Below are positions 19,828 through 28,882 of a stretch of 47,457 nt of DNA, piece by piece. The notes beneath the pieces were generated by a model. That model had not been told where the DNA came from. It did not search any database and saw only the letters and a list, made by a program, of their open reading frames with translations. The position numbers and the translations under genes were made by a program. The stretch covers positions 1 to 47,457 of the forward strand of contig JACKGL010000005.1 in the NCBI GenBank assembly GCA_020631955.1. The letters are read 5' to 3'. The stretch is from Candidatus Nomurabacteria bacterium. Lineage in GTDB: Bacteria > Patescibacteriota > Minisyncoccia > Phycocordibacterales > UBA9973. The stretch's first letter is position 1. Every line of letters starts with the position of its first letter.

Positions 19828-19863
19828 CTCGCAGCCCCCGCGCGTTGCAGGGGCAACTGCGAG
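19828..19863 (-). promoter_or_regulatory. GC-rich stem-loop in the pilA 5' leader
   Basis: Sense strand: CTCGCAG-tt-GCCCC-tgcaacgcgc-GGGGC-TGCGAG. It lies about 10 nt downstream of the predicted TSS and has no T-run after it. Confidence 0.5.
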
Positions 19864-19880
19864 CAGTACGAGATAAGATA

Positions 19881-19889
19881 ATTATAGCA
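19881..19889 (-). promoter_or_regulatory. Extended -10 promoter (TGcTATAAT) for pilA
   Basis: Minus strand ttTGCTATAATtatc, located between the pilC stop and the GC hairpin. Confidence 0.45.
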
Positions 19890-19966
19890 AATATTTTCCA
19901 GCTTTGTGTCTACCCCCACCTGTGGAAAACTCTTATTTTACAAATGTAAAACAGCCTTTACTTATT

Positions 19967-21172
19967 TTATGAGATACCAGAAGCGATATTGTATATAGGT
20001 ATAAGCACAGAAGAAAGAAGTATACCGACAGAAACTCCTAGAAAGACTATCATCACAGGTTCTATCAGACCTACAAGAGTGTCCACTGCATCGTTTACTT
20101 CTCTACGATAAAAGTTGGAAAGAGTTTTTAGTATGTTACTAAGTGCTCCTGTTTCTTCCCCCACTTTGATCATTTGTATCATTATTTGCGGTATATAGTC
20201 GTTGTGTTTTTCTAAAGCACCAGATAAAGAAGATCCTGATTTTACAGACGACTCAGCGTCTTTTATTATCTCTTGATATGTTCTACTTCCCACCACATCA
20301 CCTGTTATCTCAAGAGATCTTACTATAGGTATACCAGAAGCGAGCATAGTCTCTAGGTTGTCAGCTATTCTAGCAAGGTAAAGTTTACGATAAAGCTTAC
20401 CGAAGGCTGGCGCTGAAAGCTTCAAACTGTCTAGATATATCTGACCCTTTTCTTTTCGTGACAAAGAATATACATAAGCACCAAGACCAACTAAAAAGAT
20501 AAGTACAAATATCCCATAATGTACGAAAAAGTCTGAAAGTCCGATAACTACTTTGGTATATACAGGTATATCTTGACCAGATTCTTTTATTATTTCTGAG
20601 AGCTTTGGTATCACCATGGTGAACATGAGTCCCATCACTGCGAAGAAGGTCAGAATAACAAAAGCTGGATATATAAGAGCATTTTTTGTTTTGGAAGTAA
20701 GAGCGTATTGTCGGTCCAAGTATTCTGCTAGGAAGTTGAAGGTCTCTGTTAGTTTACCGGACTCTTCTCCGGCTTTTACCATGTTTATATAAAAATTGGA
20801 AAAGACATCTTTATGCTTAGCTAAAGCCCCAGAAATAGAAGACCCAGCTTGTATGTCTTGTGCTACTTGTGCGAGTTGTCTTTTTAGTAGTTTGTTCTCT
20901 GCGTTTTCTGAAAGAAGGTTGAAAGCTTTCAAAGCTGATACTTGGGCTTCAAACAAAGTGGCTATTTGTCTAGAAAAGATAACAAGGTCCTTAGCTGGCA
21001 CTCTTTCCCACACAGTCATTTCTAAGAAACTTTTCTTTTCTGCGTCTTGTATAGAAACCAAAACAAGCCCCCTTCTTTGAAGTGAGGCAATAGCCAGGTC
21101 TTGATTTACCGCTTCTATAGTTCCCTCCTTGGTCTCTCCTTTATTATCTATGACTTTGTATTTAAAAAGCAT
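19967..21172 (-). CDS. pilC: Type IV pilus platform protein (GspF/PilC family)
   Basis: 401 aa. Two T2SS-F repeats, each with the G.S...A......F motif context, and three TM segments. Confidence 0.9.
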   Translation of the reverse strand: MLFKYKVIDNKGETKEGTIEAVNQDLAIASLQRRGLVLVSIQDAEKKSFLEMTVWERVPAKDLVIFSRQIATLFEAQVSALKAFNLLSENAENKLLKRQLAQVAQDIQAGSSISGALAKHKDVFSNFYINMVKAGEESGKLTETFNFLAEYLDRQYALTSKTKNALIYPAFVILTFFAVMGLMFTMVIPKLSEIIKESGQDIPVYTKVVIGLSDFFVHYGIFVLIFLVGLGAYVYSLSRKEKGQIYLDSLKLSAPAFGKLYRKLYLARIADNLETMLASGIPIVRSLEITGDVVGSRTYQEIIKDAESSVKSGSSLSGALEKHNDYIPQIMIQMIKVGEETGALSNILKTLSNFYRREVNDAVDTLVGLIEPVMIVFLGVSVGILLSSVLIPIYNIASGIS

Positions 21173-21178
21173 GTTTTA

Positions 21179-22240
21179 TTAAACTAATCTTTCAAGAGCT
21201 TTTGGATTCACAGAGTGAGCAAAAGCGTTTTCCATAGTAATCTCCCCTTTTCGTACAAGATCTATCAAACACCTGTTCATATCTATCATGCCTTGCTCAT
21301 GTCCTGTTTCTATCACTACATCTATCTCGTGTGTTCTTTTTTCTCTTATCAAGTTTGCTACTGCGTTGTTGTTGATAAGAAATTCATAAGCAGGGATAAG
21401 TCCCCCGGAAATACGAGGTATAAGTCTCTGTGAAAATATACCCAAAAGAGAGCTGGCTAATTGCACTCTTATTTGTCCTTGCTGTTCTGCTGGAAATGCA
21501 TCGATAATACGGTCTATTGTTTGTGATGCATTGTTGGTGTGTAATGTCGATATCACCAAGTGACCGGTTTCTGCTGCGGTCACAGCAGTGGCGATAGTTT
21601 CAGGACTTCTCATCTCACCTATCATTATCACATTTACGTCTTCGCGAAAAACAGATTTTAAAGCTGTTTCAAAATCTTTCGTGTCTATACCCACTTCTCT
21701 TTGGTCGATGATAGATCTTTTTGGTTCAAAAATATATTCAATAGGATCTTCTATAGTCACTATATGTTCTGATCTTTCTTCATTGATCAGATTTACCATA
21801 GAAGCCATTGTTGTAGACTTTCCTTGTCCTACTGGTCCCACTACTAAGAAAAATCCTTGTTTCTTTCTAGCAAACTCAGCTATAACAGGAGGCAGATTGA
21901 GCTCTTGCATGTCTTTCACTTCTGGTATGAGACGTAGCGCTATACCTATAGCTGCTTTATGAACAAAAGCATTACCTCTTAGTCTTGTTTTTTCTTTATA
22001 AGAGTAAGAAAAGTCTGCTTCTTTTTCTATCAAAAATTTATCTAGAGCTTCTTTACTTCCAAGCATTTCTTCTAACATACCAAGTATAACCTCTCTAGAA
22101 AGCTCTGCTTGTTTTACCATAGTTACGAGCTCTTTAGTAATACGCATGATAGGATGCCTACCCTCAGAAAGGTGTAGATCTGATCCGTTTTGTAAAATAA
22201 GATTATCTATTAGATTATGTAGTTCTTTAGCTCCGTCCAT
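21179..22240 (-). CDS. pilT: Type IV pilus retraction ATPase
   Basis: 353 aa. Walker A GPVGQGKSTT, MIGEMRS Asp box and TGHLVISTLHTN His box. It lacks the long N-terminal domain seen in PilB. Confidence 0.85.
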   Translation of the reverse strand: MDGAKELHNLIDNLILQNGSDLHLSEGRHPIMRITKELVTMVKQAELSREVILGMLEEMLGSKEALDKFLIEKEADFSYSYKEKTRLRGNAFVHKAAIGIALRLIPEVKDMQELNLPPVIAEFARKKQGFFLVVGPVGQGKSTTMASMVNLINEERSEHIVTIEDPIEYIFEPKRSIIDQREVGIDTKDFETALKSVFREDVNVIMIGEMRSPETIATAVTAAETGHLVISTLHTNNASQTIDRIIDAFPAEQQGQIRVQLASSLLGIFSQRLIPRISGGLIPAYEFLINNNAVANLIREKRTHEIDVVIETGHEQGMIDMNRCLIDLVRKGEITMENAFAHSVNPKALERLV

Positions 22241-22244
22241 AATA

Positions 22245-22622
22245 TTATTCTATCATTTTTTCTACTTTTTCTACTAATTCTTCAGGTGTAAGAGTAGCTT
22301 TTATTATGTACTCATCTACTCCTATTTCTTTACATTTCTTTATAGAATTTTCATCACTATCATTGGAAAGGGCAAGGAGCACACTTTCTTCTGCTAGGTT
22401 CTCATCTTTTATGGTTTGAAGAAATGTAATACCATCCATCACAGGCATTGTTATATCAAAGATAATAATAGCAGGCTTCATACCTCCTTCACGGAGTTTG
22501 GTTAAAGCTTCTGCTGGTGTCATAACAGCAAAAACATCATACCCTCTTTGATGAAACTTTAAAGAGTACATATCCAAAAGGAATTTGTCATCATCTACTA
22601 TTACTATTGTCTTTTTTTCCAT
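22245..22622 (-). CDS. Stand-alone response-regulator receiver domain (CheY/PilH-like)
   Basis: 125 aa. IVIVDDD...IIIFDITMPVMDG...LSN..D....K, with the acidic pocket and phospho-acceptor Asp conserved. Confidence 0.8.
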   Translation of the reverse strand: MEKKTIVIVDDDKFLLDMYSLKFHQRGYDVFAVMTPAEALTKLREGGMKPAIIIFDITMPVMDGITFLQTIKDENLAEESVLLALSNDSDENSIKKCKEIGVDEYIIKATLTPEELVEKVEKMIE

Positions 22623-22637
22623 ATTAAAATTATATCA

Positions 22638-24383
22638 CTAATAATTGTACACTTCATTAAAAGGTATCTTTCCCTCCATAGACTTTAGTATAGCGTCTTC
22701 TCTCATCGTACGCATACCTTGAGCTCTAGCCACCTTGTATATCTCGTCTTCTGTAGGATGGTGAAGTATGGTTTGTTTCATTTGATCTGTGTTGTTGAAC
22801 ATTTCCATCACCACTGTACGTCCCTTTACTCCTGTAGGACATTCTGCTGTAGATTTTGCTTGGAAAACTTTATTTTTAAGTGGTAATTTTTTTCTAAACT
22901 CTTCTGGCATGTCTTGAAACTCTTTATCCAACATCTTTTGTACAGATTCATCTACTACTTGTTCTTCTGCTGCTCCGTCACATATCACTCTAGAGAGACG
23001 TTGAGCTATAGAAAGCTCGAGTGTAGGCGCTATCAAATATGGATCGATACCCATATCTACAAGTCTAGGCACAGCACCTATAGCAGAGTTGGTGTGAAGT
23101 GTAGAAAGTACAAGGTGACCAGTAAGAGCCGCCTGTATTGCGAGTTGCGCTGTCTCTGTATCTCGGATCTCTCCTACCATGATGATGTCTGGGTCCTGAC
23201 GAAGTATGGATCGGAGCCCTGAAGCAAATGTGTACCCTATCTCTGGCATCACTTGAGACTGACTGACAGAATCCATCTTATATTCTATCGGATCTTCGAG
23301 TGATACTACGTTCCATTTTTCTCTATCTAGCTCTTGAAGCATGGCGTACAAAGTCGTAGACTTACCGCTACCTGTAGGACCTGTTATAAGTATGATACCG
23401 TGAGGTTTTTTAAGAGCTTCTCTTATTATTTTTGCATAATCTTCTGATATACCAAGAGATTCTAAAGTTCTAATACCTTTTTCAGAATCCAAAATACGAA
23501 TAACTACTTTTTCTCCAAATTTCGTTGGTAAAGTAGATACACGGAAGTCTATTTTTCTTCCATTTACTTTGGCAGAAAAATTACCATCTTGTGGTTTTCT
23601 TTTTTCATCCAACCTCAGTTTTGCCAATATTTTTATTCTGGCTACCACACCAGCAAAAGCTGTTATAGGAAGCCAAAGTGATGTACGGAGTTCTCCATCT
23701 ACTCTAAATCTGACTTTTACTTTTTCTCCAGTAGACTCTATATGTATGTCAGAAGCGTTACCGTCTATAGCATATCTTAAAATAACAGAAACTATCTTTA
23801 TAACAGGAGCTTCTTCTACTATCTTCTTCTCTTCTTCTAAAGTCAGTTCTTTTTTACCATTTATGTCTTCTATAACCACATCAGCTAGATCTGCTTTTTC
23901 TAGTTCACCTATATCGTCATCACCAAGTTCAGAAAGAGCAGAATCTACTTGCCCTGTCATACCTTCATAGTTGGAAAGTATTTTTTCAAAATTTTGTGTA
24001 CTTATAAGAAACACACGGAAATTTATATTGGATTTGTTTGCGATAAACTGAAGTGCGTCCATGGCTTGTATGTTGCCAGGATCTATCACACCCACATCCA
24101 ATATATCTCCTTCTAGTGATATAGGAACAAACTTATAATGCTTCGCACTATCTTCTGGTATGAATTTCAATATATCAAAAGATACAGTCTTTGGATCTAC
24201 TACCCTAAAAGGCATGCCATATATTTCTGACTTTACTTTGAGTATTTCTTGTTCATTTACACCGAAGTCTATTAGAGCTTTTTCTGTATCTCCTTCATAT
24301 TTTTCTCTCGCTATTCTCAGCACCTCAGAAGCCTGAGCTTCTTTCAAGACGCCTCTTTGTATAAGCTGCTCTAATATATTCAT
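22638..24383 (-). CDS. pilB: Type IV pilus assembly ATPase (GspE/PilB family)
   Basis: 581 aa. N-terminal GSPII-E N domain, Walker A GPTGSGKSTT, VGEIRD and TGHLVLSTLHTN. Confidence 0.9.
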   Translation of the reverse strand: MNILEQLIQRGVLKEAQASEVLRIAREKYEGDTEKALIDFGVNEQEILKVKSEIYGMPFRVVDPKTVSFDILKFIPEDSAKHYKFVPISLEGDILDVGVIDPGNIQAMDALQFIANKSNINFRVFLISTQNFEKILSNYEGMTGQVDSALSELGDDDIGELEKADLADVVIEDINGKKELTLEEEKKIVEEAPVIKIVSVILRYAIDGNASDIHIESTGEKVKVRFRVDGELRTSLWLPITAFAGVVARIKILAKLRLDEKRKPQDGNFSAKVNGRKIDFRVSTLPTKFGEKVVIRILDSEKGIRTLESLGISEDYAKIIREALKKPHGIILITGPTGSGKSTTLYAMLQELDREKWNVVSLEDPIEYKMDSVSQSQVMPEIGYTFASGLRSILRQDPDIIMVGEIRDTETAQLAIQAALTGHLVLSTLHTNSAIGAVPRLVDMGIDPYLIAPTLELSIAQRLSRVICDGAAEEQVVDESVQKMLDKEFQDMPEEFRKKLPLKNKVFQAKSTAECPTGVKGRTVVMEMFNNTDQMKQTILHHPTEDEIYKVARAQGMRTMREDAILKSMEGKIPFNEVYNY

Positions 24384-24388
24384 ACTTT

Positions 24389-24754
24389 TTATTGTACAAC
24401 ACTTGAGACTTCTCCCTCAGCAGCTGAAACAGATGTTGTTGTAGGAAGATAAGGGTTGTCTCTACCTACAGATTCTGGTATTAGAATTACAGAAAAGTCT
24501 CGAAGATTTGAATAAGCTTTTTCAGACCAAAGTGATGTATCTATAGTAATGGTGCTTACATTTAGCAGTGTATCTACAAAAGTATCTTCTACAGAACTTC
24601 CTCCTATATCTGTAAGAGTATTTCCTCCACTGGAACGCACCAACTCTTCTGGGCTATTTTGACTACCAGTAAATACTCTCCATGCTATAACAAGCAGAAT
24701 GAATATTACTGTACCTATTATCAATTTTTTTACTAGACCATTCATACTATGCAT
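24389..24754 (-). CDS. Hypothetical single-pass membrane protein in the PilP position of the pilMNO cluster
   Basis: 121 aa with N-terminal TM LIIGTVIFILLVIAW. Overlaps pilO by 8 nt. No motif recognised. Confidence 0.45.
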   Translation of the reverse strand: MHSMNGLVKKLIIGTVIFILLVIAWRVFTGSQNSPEELVRSSGGNTLTDIGGSSVEDTFVDTLLNVSTITIDTSLWSEKAYSNLRDFSVILIPESVGRDNPYLPTTTSVSAAEGEVSSVVQ

Positions 24755-25331
24755 TCTTTAACCAATAAGTATTAATCTCAATATCAAAACGATAGTTGTC
24801 TCCATTTTTCAAAGGATCGACTGCTGTAAATCCTAATTTCGAAATATCTATTATACGCAAACTAGACTCCAAATCTTTTAGGAAATTTGTGAAGTTCTCA
24901 TAACCCCCTTCTACTGTAAAGCCAAGAGTAGAAGATGAGTAAGGTCGTTGTGCTTCTTGTATCTCTTCTATAGTAAGAGCTCTGGATGTAGTGTTGGTAT
25001 TCTCTACAGTATCAGAGTCATACTTTGCATTTGAGAAAACAAGTCCGTTTCTTTGAGCTATCTCATCTATAGTGATGACAAGTTTTACGTTGTCTACTGA
25101 GTCAGGCAAAAGAGTATCTAGTTCATCTAGCTCCCTAGTAGAAATACTATTGTAAGAAGTAAGTAAGTCATCCCTTATAGATCTAAGGTCAGCAGCGTTT
25201 TGTAAAGCCACTTGGTAAGAAGCTACTTCTAGTTCTAAAGCATTTCTTTTCTCTAAAGCTGGTTTGGCTACACCAAAGATAGCTCCAACAGATATAAGTA
25301 TTATTACTAATGGCACTATAAGTCTAAACAT
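24747..25331 (-). CDS. pilO: PilO-like pilus assembly protein
   Basis: 194 aa. N-terminal TM followed by a coiled coil (ALELEVASYQVALQNAADL), downstream of the pilN-like gene. Confidence 0.6.
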   Translation of the reverse strand: MFRLIVPLVIILISVGAIFGVAKPALEKRNALELEVASYQVALQNAADLRSIRDDLLTSYNSISTRELDELDTLLPDSVDNVKLVITIDEIAQRNGLVFSNAKYDSDTVENTNTTSRALTIEEIQEAQRPYSSSTLGFTVEGGYENFTNFLKDLESSLRIIDISKLGFTAVDPLKNGDNYRFDIEINTYWLKNA

Positions 25332-25333
25332 AA

Positions 25334-26152
25334 TTAATTTTGCTCAAATGGATTACCGAAAAATGAACTCCCTGACGACCCGCTACTTGTACTTGTGTTA
25401 GTAGTATTTGTGGTTGTTGTATTTGTTGTATTACTAGTGGTAGAAGAAGGCACGCTTGTTGTAGTAGAAGTAGATGTATTAGGTACTATAGTTGTATTGT
25501 CTATAGTAGTAGGTTCTTCTTGTGTAACTACAGGCTCCTCTACTACCGGTATAGGTAATGTCTCTACAGCACTGTTTGCATAATTCAGATATGATTCATC
25601 TACAAAAAATTCTACATCAAAAGATACTTGCCCTCTGTCTCCTAAAGTCAGGTTTGTGAAAACTGGATTTTTTATATATCTACTTTTTGTAAATTCTTCT
25701 TCTTGCAAACCTATAGACTTATATCCTGGAGCCACTCCAGATAAAGACACTTTTACACCTCCGCCATTTATATCTTCTATACTGTAATCAAACTTAGTGT
25801 ATTGCACTGTTTTGAGTGTGATATTTTCTATCAAACTAAACAAAGGAGATATTGCTATATGGTTTGATAATATTTCCTTTGCTCCTTGTATTCTCTTAGA
25901 CAACACTTGCATGGTTTCTATAGTGTCATAGTCGAAAGATTGTTTTTCTTGTTCTAGATTTGATTTAAGGTTGGCTATCTTAGTGTTCAAACTAGAAACA
26001 TAAAAATACAAAAATCCAGACACAACTAGAGTACCAATAAAAAATACAGTAGATATAAAATTCAAAATAGATACTCTCCTAGGAGCTCTGTTACTCACCT
26101 CTTGTGTAAGAGGTTTTTTAGGAATAAAAGATGTTTGAAATTGGGGTTCCAT
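25334..26152 (-). CDS. pilN: PilN-like pilus assembly protein with a Thr/Ser/Asn-rich C-terminal tail
   Basis: 272 aa. TM FISTVFFIGTLVVSGFLYFYV, then a coiled coil. The last ~70 aa are low-complexity (TSTSTTTSVPSSTTSNTTNTTTTNTTNTSTSSGSSGSS). Confidence 0.6.
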   Translation of the reverse strand: MEPQFQTSFIPKKPLTQEVSNRAPRRVSILNFISTVFFIGTLVVSGFLYFYVSSLNTKIANLKSNLEQEKQSFDYDTIETMQVLSKRIQGAKEILSNHIAISPLFSLIENITLKTVQYTKFDYSIEDINGGGVKVSLSGVAPGYKSIGLQEEEFTKSRYIKNPVFTNLTLGDRGQVSFDVEFFVDESYLNYANSAVETLPIPVVEEPVVTQEEPTTIDNTTIVPNTSTSTTTSVPSSTTSNTTNTTTTNTTNTSTSSGSSGSSFFGNPFEQN

Positions 26153-26170
26153 CTGAAAGTCATTATATCA

Positions 26171-27265
26171 TTAGCTTTGTAATCTGCGAAGAGCCAAACC
26201 CACAGCTACAGCAAATTCTGGACCAACCTGAGCTAATACATCTTGTAGGAAGGCAGGGCTCTCGGTTTTGTCAAAAGGATCTGAAAGTTCTACTTCAGAA
26301 TGAAACGCTCTTTTTGCTTCTTCCATAAAACCTTTCATTAGTGAACCACCTCCACTAAGTATGATCTTACTTACAGCTTTGTTATGTTTCTTTTCGTAGT
26401 TGAACAAAGTAGTATTTGCTTCTCTAAATATTTGATCTACCACAAGTCTGGCTATATCAGATACAGCAGCGTCAGATGATTGTGTCATACCGCCTTCCCT
26501 TTTCATTTCTTCCGCGCGCGCAAATGGTGTACCGATACTCTTTGCCATGTTAGAAGTAATATCTCTCGATCCTTTGTTCACTAAGTGGAAGGTACGCACT
26601 ATACCGTATTCCATCACGGCTATTTTTGTTTTCAATGCACCAAAGTCTATGATCATAGTAGTAGCCAAGTCATTTTTTACAGAAGAACGTATTGAAGAAA
26701 ATATTTCTATCTCATAAAATCCAGACATGAGAGAGGCTTTTTGAGCTACCTCTTTATATTTTGCAAGTGTATCGTTTTGAATAGCTGCCAAAAGTATCTG
26801 ATGTGGAGGCACAGCTCCGTCTTCATCTACATGTTTTACCTGAGGTATGATAGACCAGTCTAGTGTCACCTCTCCTATCGGAACAGGAATATATTTTCTG
26901 GCTTCAGTAGGTATGATTTTGCCGATATCTTTTTCTGGCACCACTCCTGGTATCTCTATGTTGAAAATAAGACTAGCACTAGCTGGTATAGCCATAGCAA
27001 TATCTTTTGATGTCACATTTGACTCACGAAGTGTATCTACCAGAGCTTTGGCTAGTGTGTCTGTGTCTAGGTTGGTAGTCATACCTACTTCTTGGTTGGC
27101 GTATGGCCCGAGTGAAAGTGTACCGTATGTCTCTAGCACCGCTTTACTGTGTTTTCTTTTTATTTGTACAACCTTAATAGCCGATGAACCTATATCCACC
27201 CCCACAGCACTCTCGATTTCCTTTTTACCAGCAAATTTAGTTAATAAATCCTTAAGATTGGCCAT
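26171..27265 (-). CDS. pilM: PilM, actin-like pilus assembly ATPase
   Basis: 364 aa. VGVDIGSSAIKVVQI phosphate-1 motif and IILSGGGS phosphate-2/adenosine motif. Confidence 0.85.
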   Translation of the reverse strand: MANLKDLLTKFAGKKEIESAVGVDIGSSAIKVVQIKRKHSKAVLETYGTLSLGPYANQEVGMTTNLDTDTLAKALVDTLRESNVTSKDIAMAIPASASLIFNIEIPGVVPEKDIGKIIPTEARKYIPVPIGEVTLDWSIIPQVKHVDEDGAVPPHQILLAAIQNDTLAKYKEVAQKASLMSGFYEIEIFSSIRSSVKNDLATTMIIDFGALKTKIAVMEYGIVRTFHLVNKGSRDITSNMAKSIGTPFARAEEMKREGGMTQSSDAAVSDIARLVVDQIFREANTTLFNYEKKHNKAVSKIILSGGGSLMKGFMEEAKRAFHSEVELSDPFDKTESPAFLQDVLAQVGPEFAVAVGLALRRLQS

Positions 27266-27291
27266 ATATTGATTTTGATTATCTTTGGTAT

Positions 27292-27297
27292 GATAAT
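27292..27297 (+). promoter_or_regulatory. -10 box GATAAT 6 nt upstream of the comFC ATG
   Basis: tatGATAATtgtatcATG in the pilM/comFC divergent spacer. Confidence 0.4.
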
Positions 27298-27303
27298 TGT
27301 ATC

Positions 27304-27963
27304 ATGAAAGGTAGTATTAGAGCTATATTTTTACAAACCTTATTTCCAGAAAAATGTATCTCTTGTAAGGTGCGTGGTGAAATATTGTGTCTGAATTGCC
27401 AAAGTAAATTAAGTCCAAACTTGGATTATATAAATAAAAACACTCTTGCTTTTTATTCCTACAAAGACCCAAGTATCAAAAAAATGCTGTGGCTTTTAAA
27501 ATATAAAGGTAAAACAAAAGTAGCGCATATTTTAGCAACTCTTATATACAACCAAATACTAGAGCTATTAGTAGATAAAAAAATGATGGATAATTTTGTT
27601 GACCCTATTTTAGTATCTATACCTGTTAGTAATAAAAGAAAAAGAAAGCGAGGTTACAACCAAGTAGATCTAATAGCAAAACACCTAAGCCAAAAAATAA
27701 AAGATGATATTTTATATATTCCTAATGTGTTACAAAAAACAAAACACACAAAAAGACAAGCCGATATAAAAAACAGAAACCAAAGATTACAAAACCTTAT
27801 CGGCACTATGTCTGTACACAAAGAAGCTAAGGGAAAAATACGTAGCCGTAACATAATAATACTAGATGATATAGTCACCACAGGTGCTACTATGAGAGAA
27901 GCTGAGAAAACACTTCGCAAGTCTGGAGCAAAAAAGGTGCTTATGCTAGCAGTGGCACATTAG
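27304..27963 (+). CDS. comFC: ComF family protein (competence phosphoribosyltransferase-like)
   Basis: N-terminal CxxC...CxxC (CISCKVRGEILCLNC) and PRTase motif IIILDDIVTTGATM. Confidence 0.85.
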   Translation: MKGSIRAIFLQTLFPEKCISCKVRGEILCLNCQSKLSPNLDYINKNTLAFYSYKDPSIKKMLWLLKYKGKTKVAHILATLIYNQILELLVDKKMMDNFVDPILVSIPVSNKRKRKRGYNQVDLIAKHLSQKIKDDILYIPNVLQKTKHTKRQADIKNRNQRLQNLIGTMSVHKEAKGKIRSRNIIILDDIVTTGATMREAEKTLRKSGAKKVLMLAVAH

Positions 27964-27972
27964 AAATATTTG

Positions 27973-28200
27973 ATGTATATTTTAGATATGAGTATGGAAT
28001 CAGAAAAACCAATAGCAGGACTAGTACAAGCTTTGGCTCATATAGAAAGCGTAAGAGCTGAGCTACATACATATGGCAACAATGATAGTGAGTTTCATGA
28101 GCTGGATAAAATAAAAGAAGCTGTAGAAAAAGGAATTATGCAACCTATAGAAGGTGTTGCTCGCGCAAATCAAATTTTTGATAGAAAAATGGAAAGATAA
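27973..28200 (+). CDS. Hypothetical small helical protein (75 aa from the ATG; the track starts at TTG 27970)
   Basis: ORF only, no motif. Followed 4 nt later by a second small ORF. Confidence 0.4.
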   Translation: MYILDMSMESEKPIAGLVQALAHIESVRAELHTYGNNDSEFHELDKIKEAVEKGIMQPIEGVARANQIFDRKMER

Positions 28201-28203
28201 TAT

Positions 28204-28419
28204 ATGTTAGAAGGATACAGAGAAAACTACAATCCCCGAGAAAATATAAGAGACCTCATAAGCGAGATAGGTAATGCTCGAATGGAAGCGTACGACCAAA
28301 AAAGACCGGACGTAATGAAAAAGATAGATGCCATAGCTGAAAGACTAAGAAAAGAGGAGTATCAAAAATTCTCTGACTTATATGAAGAGATTTTGATTGC
28401 TTTATCTGAATTAGACTAA
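28204..28419 (+). CDS. Hypothetical small helical protein (71 aa)
   Basis: ORF only; charged, helical composition. Confidence 0.4.
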   Translation: MLEGYRENYNPRENIRDLISEIGNARMEAYDQKRPDVMKKIDAIAERLRKEEYQKFSDLYEEILIALSELD

Positions 28420-28421
28420 GT

Positions 28422-28796
28422 CTACATTGCTGCAAATGTAATAGCAGCACCTAAGATAATCATATTCTTTAGGAAGCTTATCCTTTCCATGTTCCTTATG
28501 TGAGGGTCATTTTGATTCCAAAAATCGTGCATCATCACAGATATAGGTAAGAAAAATATCACAAGTAAGATACCTCCTATGTTTGTATGAAAGTTAGTAA
28601 GCACTGACAAAGAACCGAGAGCTAATATAAGTCCGCTCCCCATAACAGCGAGTTTTGGTGAAGGTACTTTTTTACTTTTAGCATATTCTGTAAGTTTCTT
28701 AACTCCGGTAAAGTGTCCCAAAGCCATAAAAAGAAGTGGTACCGCATACACTATTCTTCCTATAGCAAACAGGATTTCTAAATTAATGTTTTCCAT
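28422..28796 (-). CDS. DoxX-family membrane protein
   Basis: 124 aa with four hydrophobic segments and LFMALGHFTG near the N-terminus, typical of DoxX. Confidence 0.6.
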   Translation of the reverse strand: MENINLEILFAIGRIVYAVPLLFMALGHFTGVKKLTEYAKSKKVPSPKLAVMGSGLILALGSLSVLTNFHTNIGGILLVIFFLPISVMMHDFWNQNDPHIRNMERISFLKNMIILGAAITFAAM

Positions 28797-28882
28797 ATAG
28801 CTATTCTCTCACGCAATACACGCTAATGCAACAATTTGCCTAGTACTTGTTCTTGTGGTATGGTGTTGTGAAACACAATACT

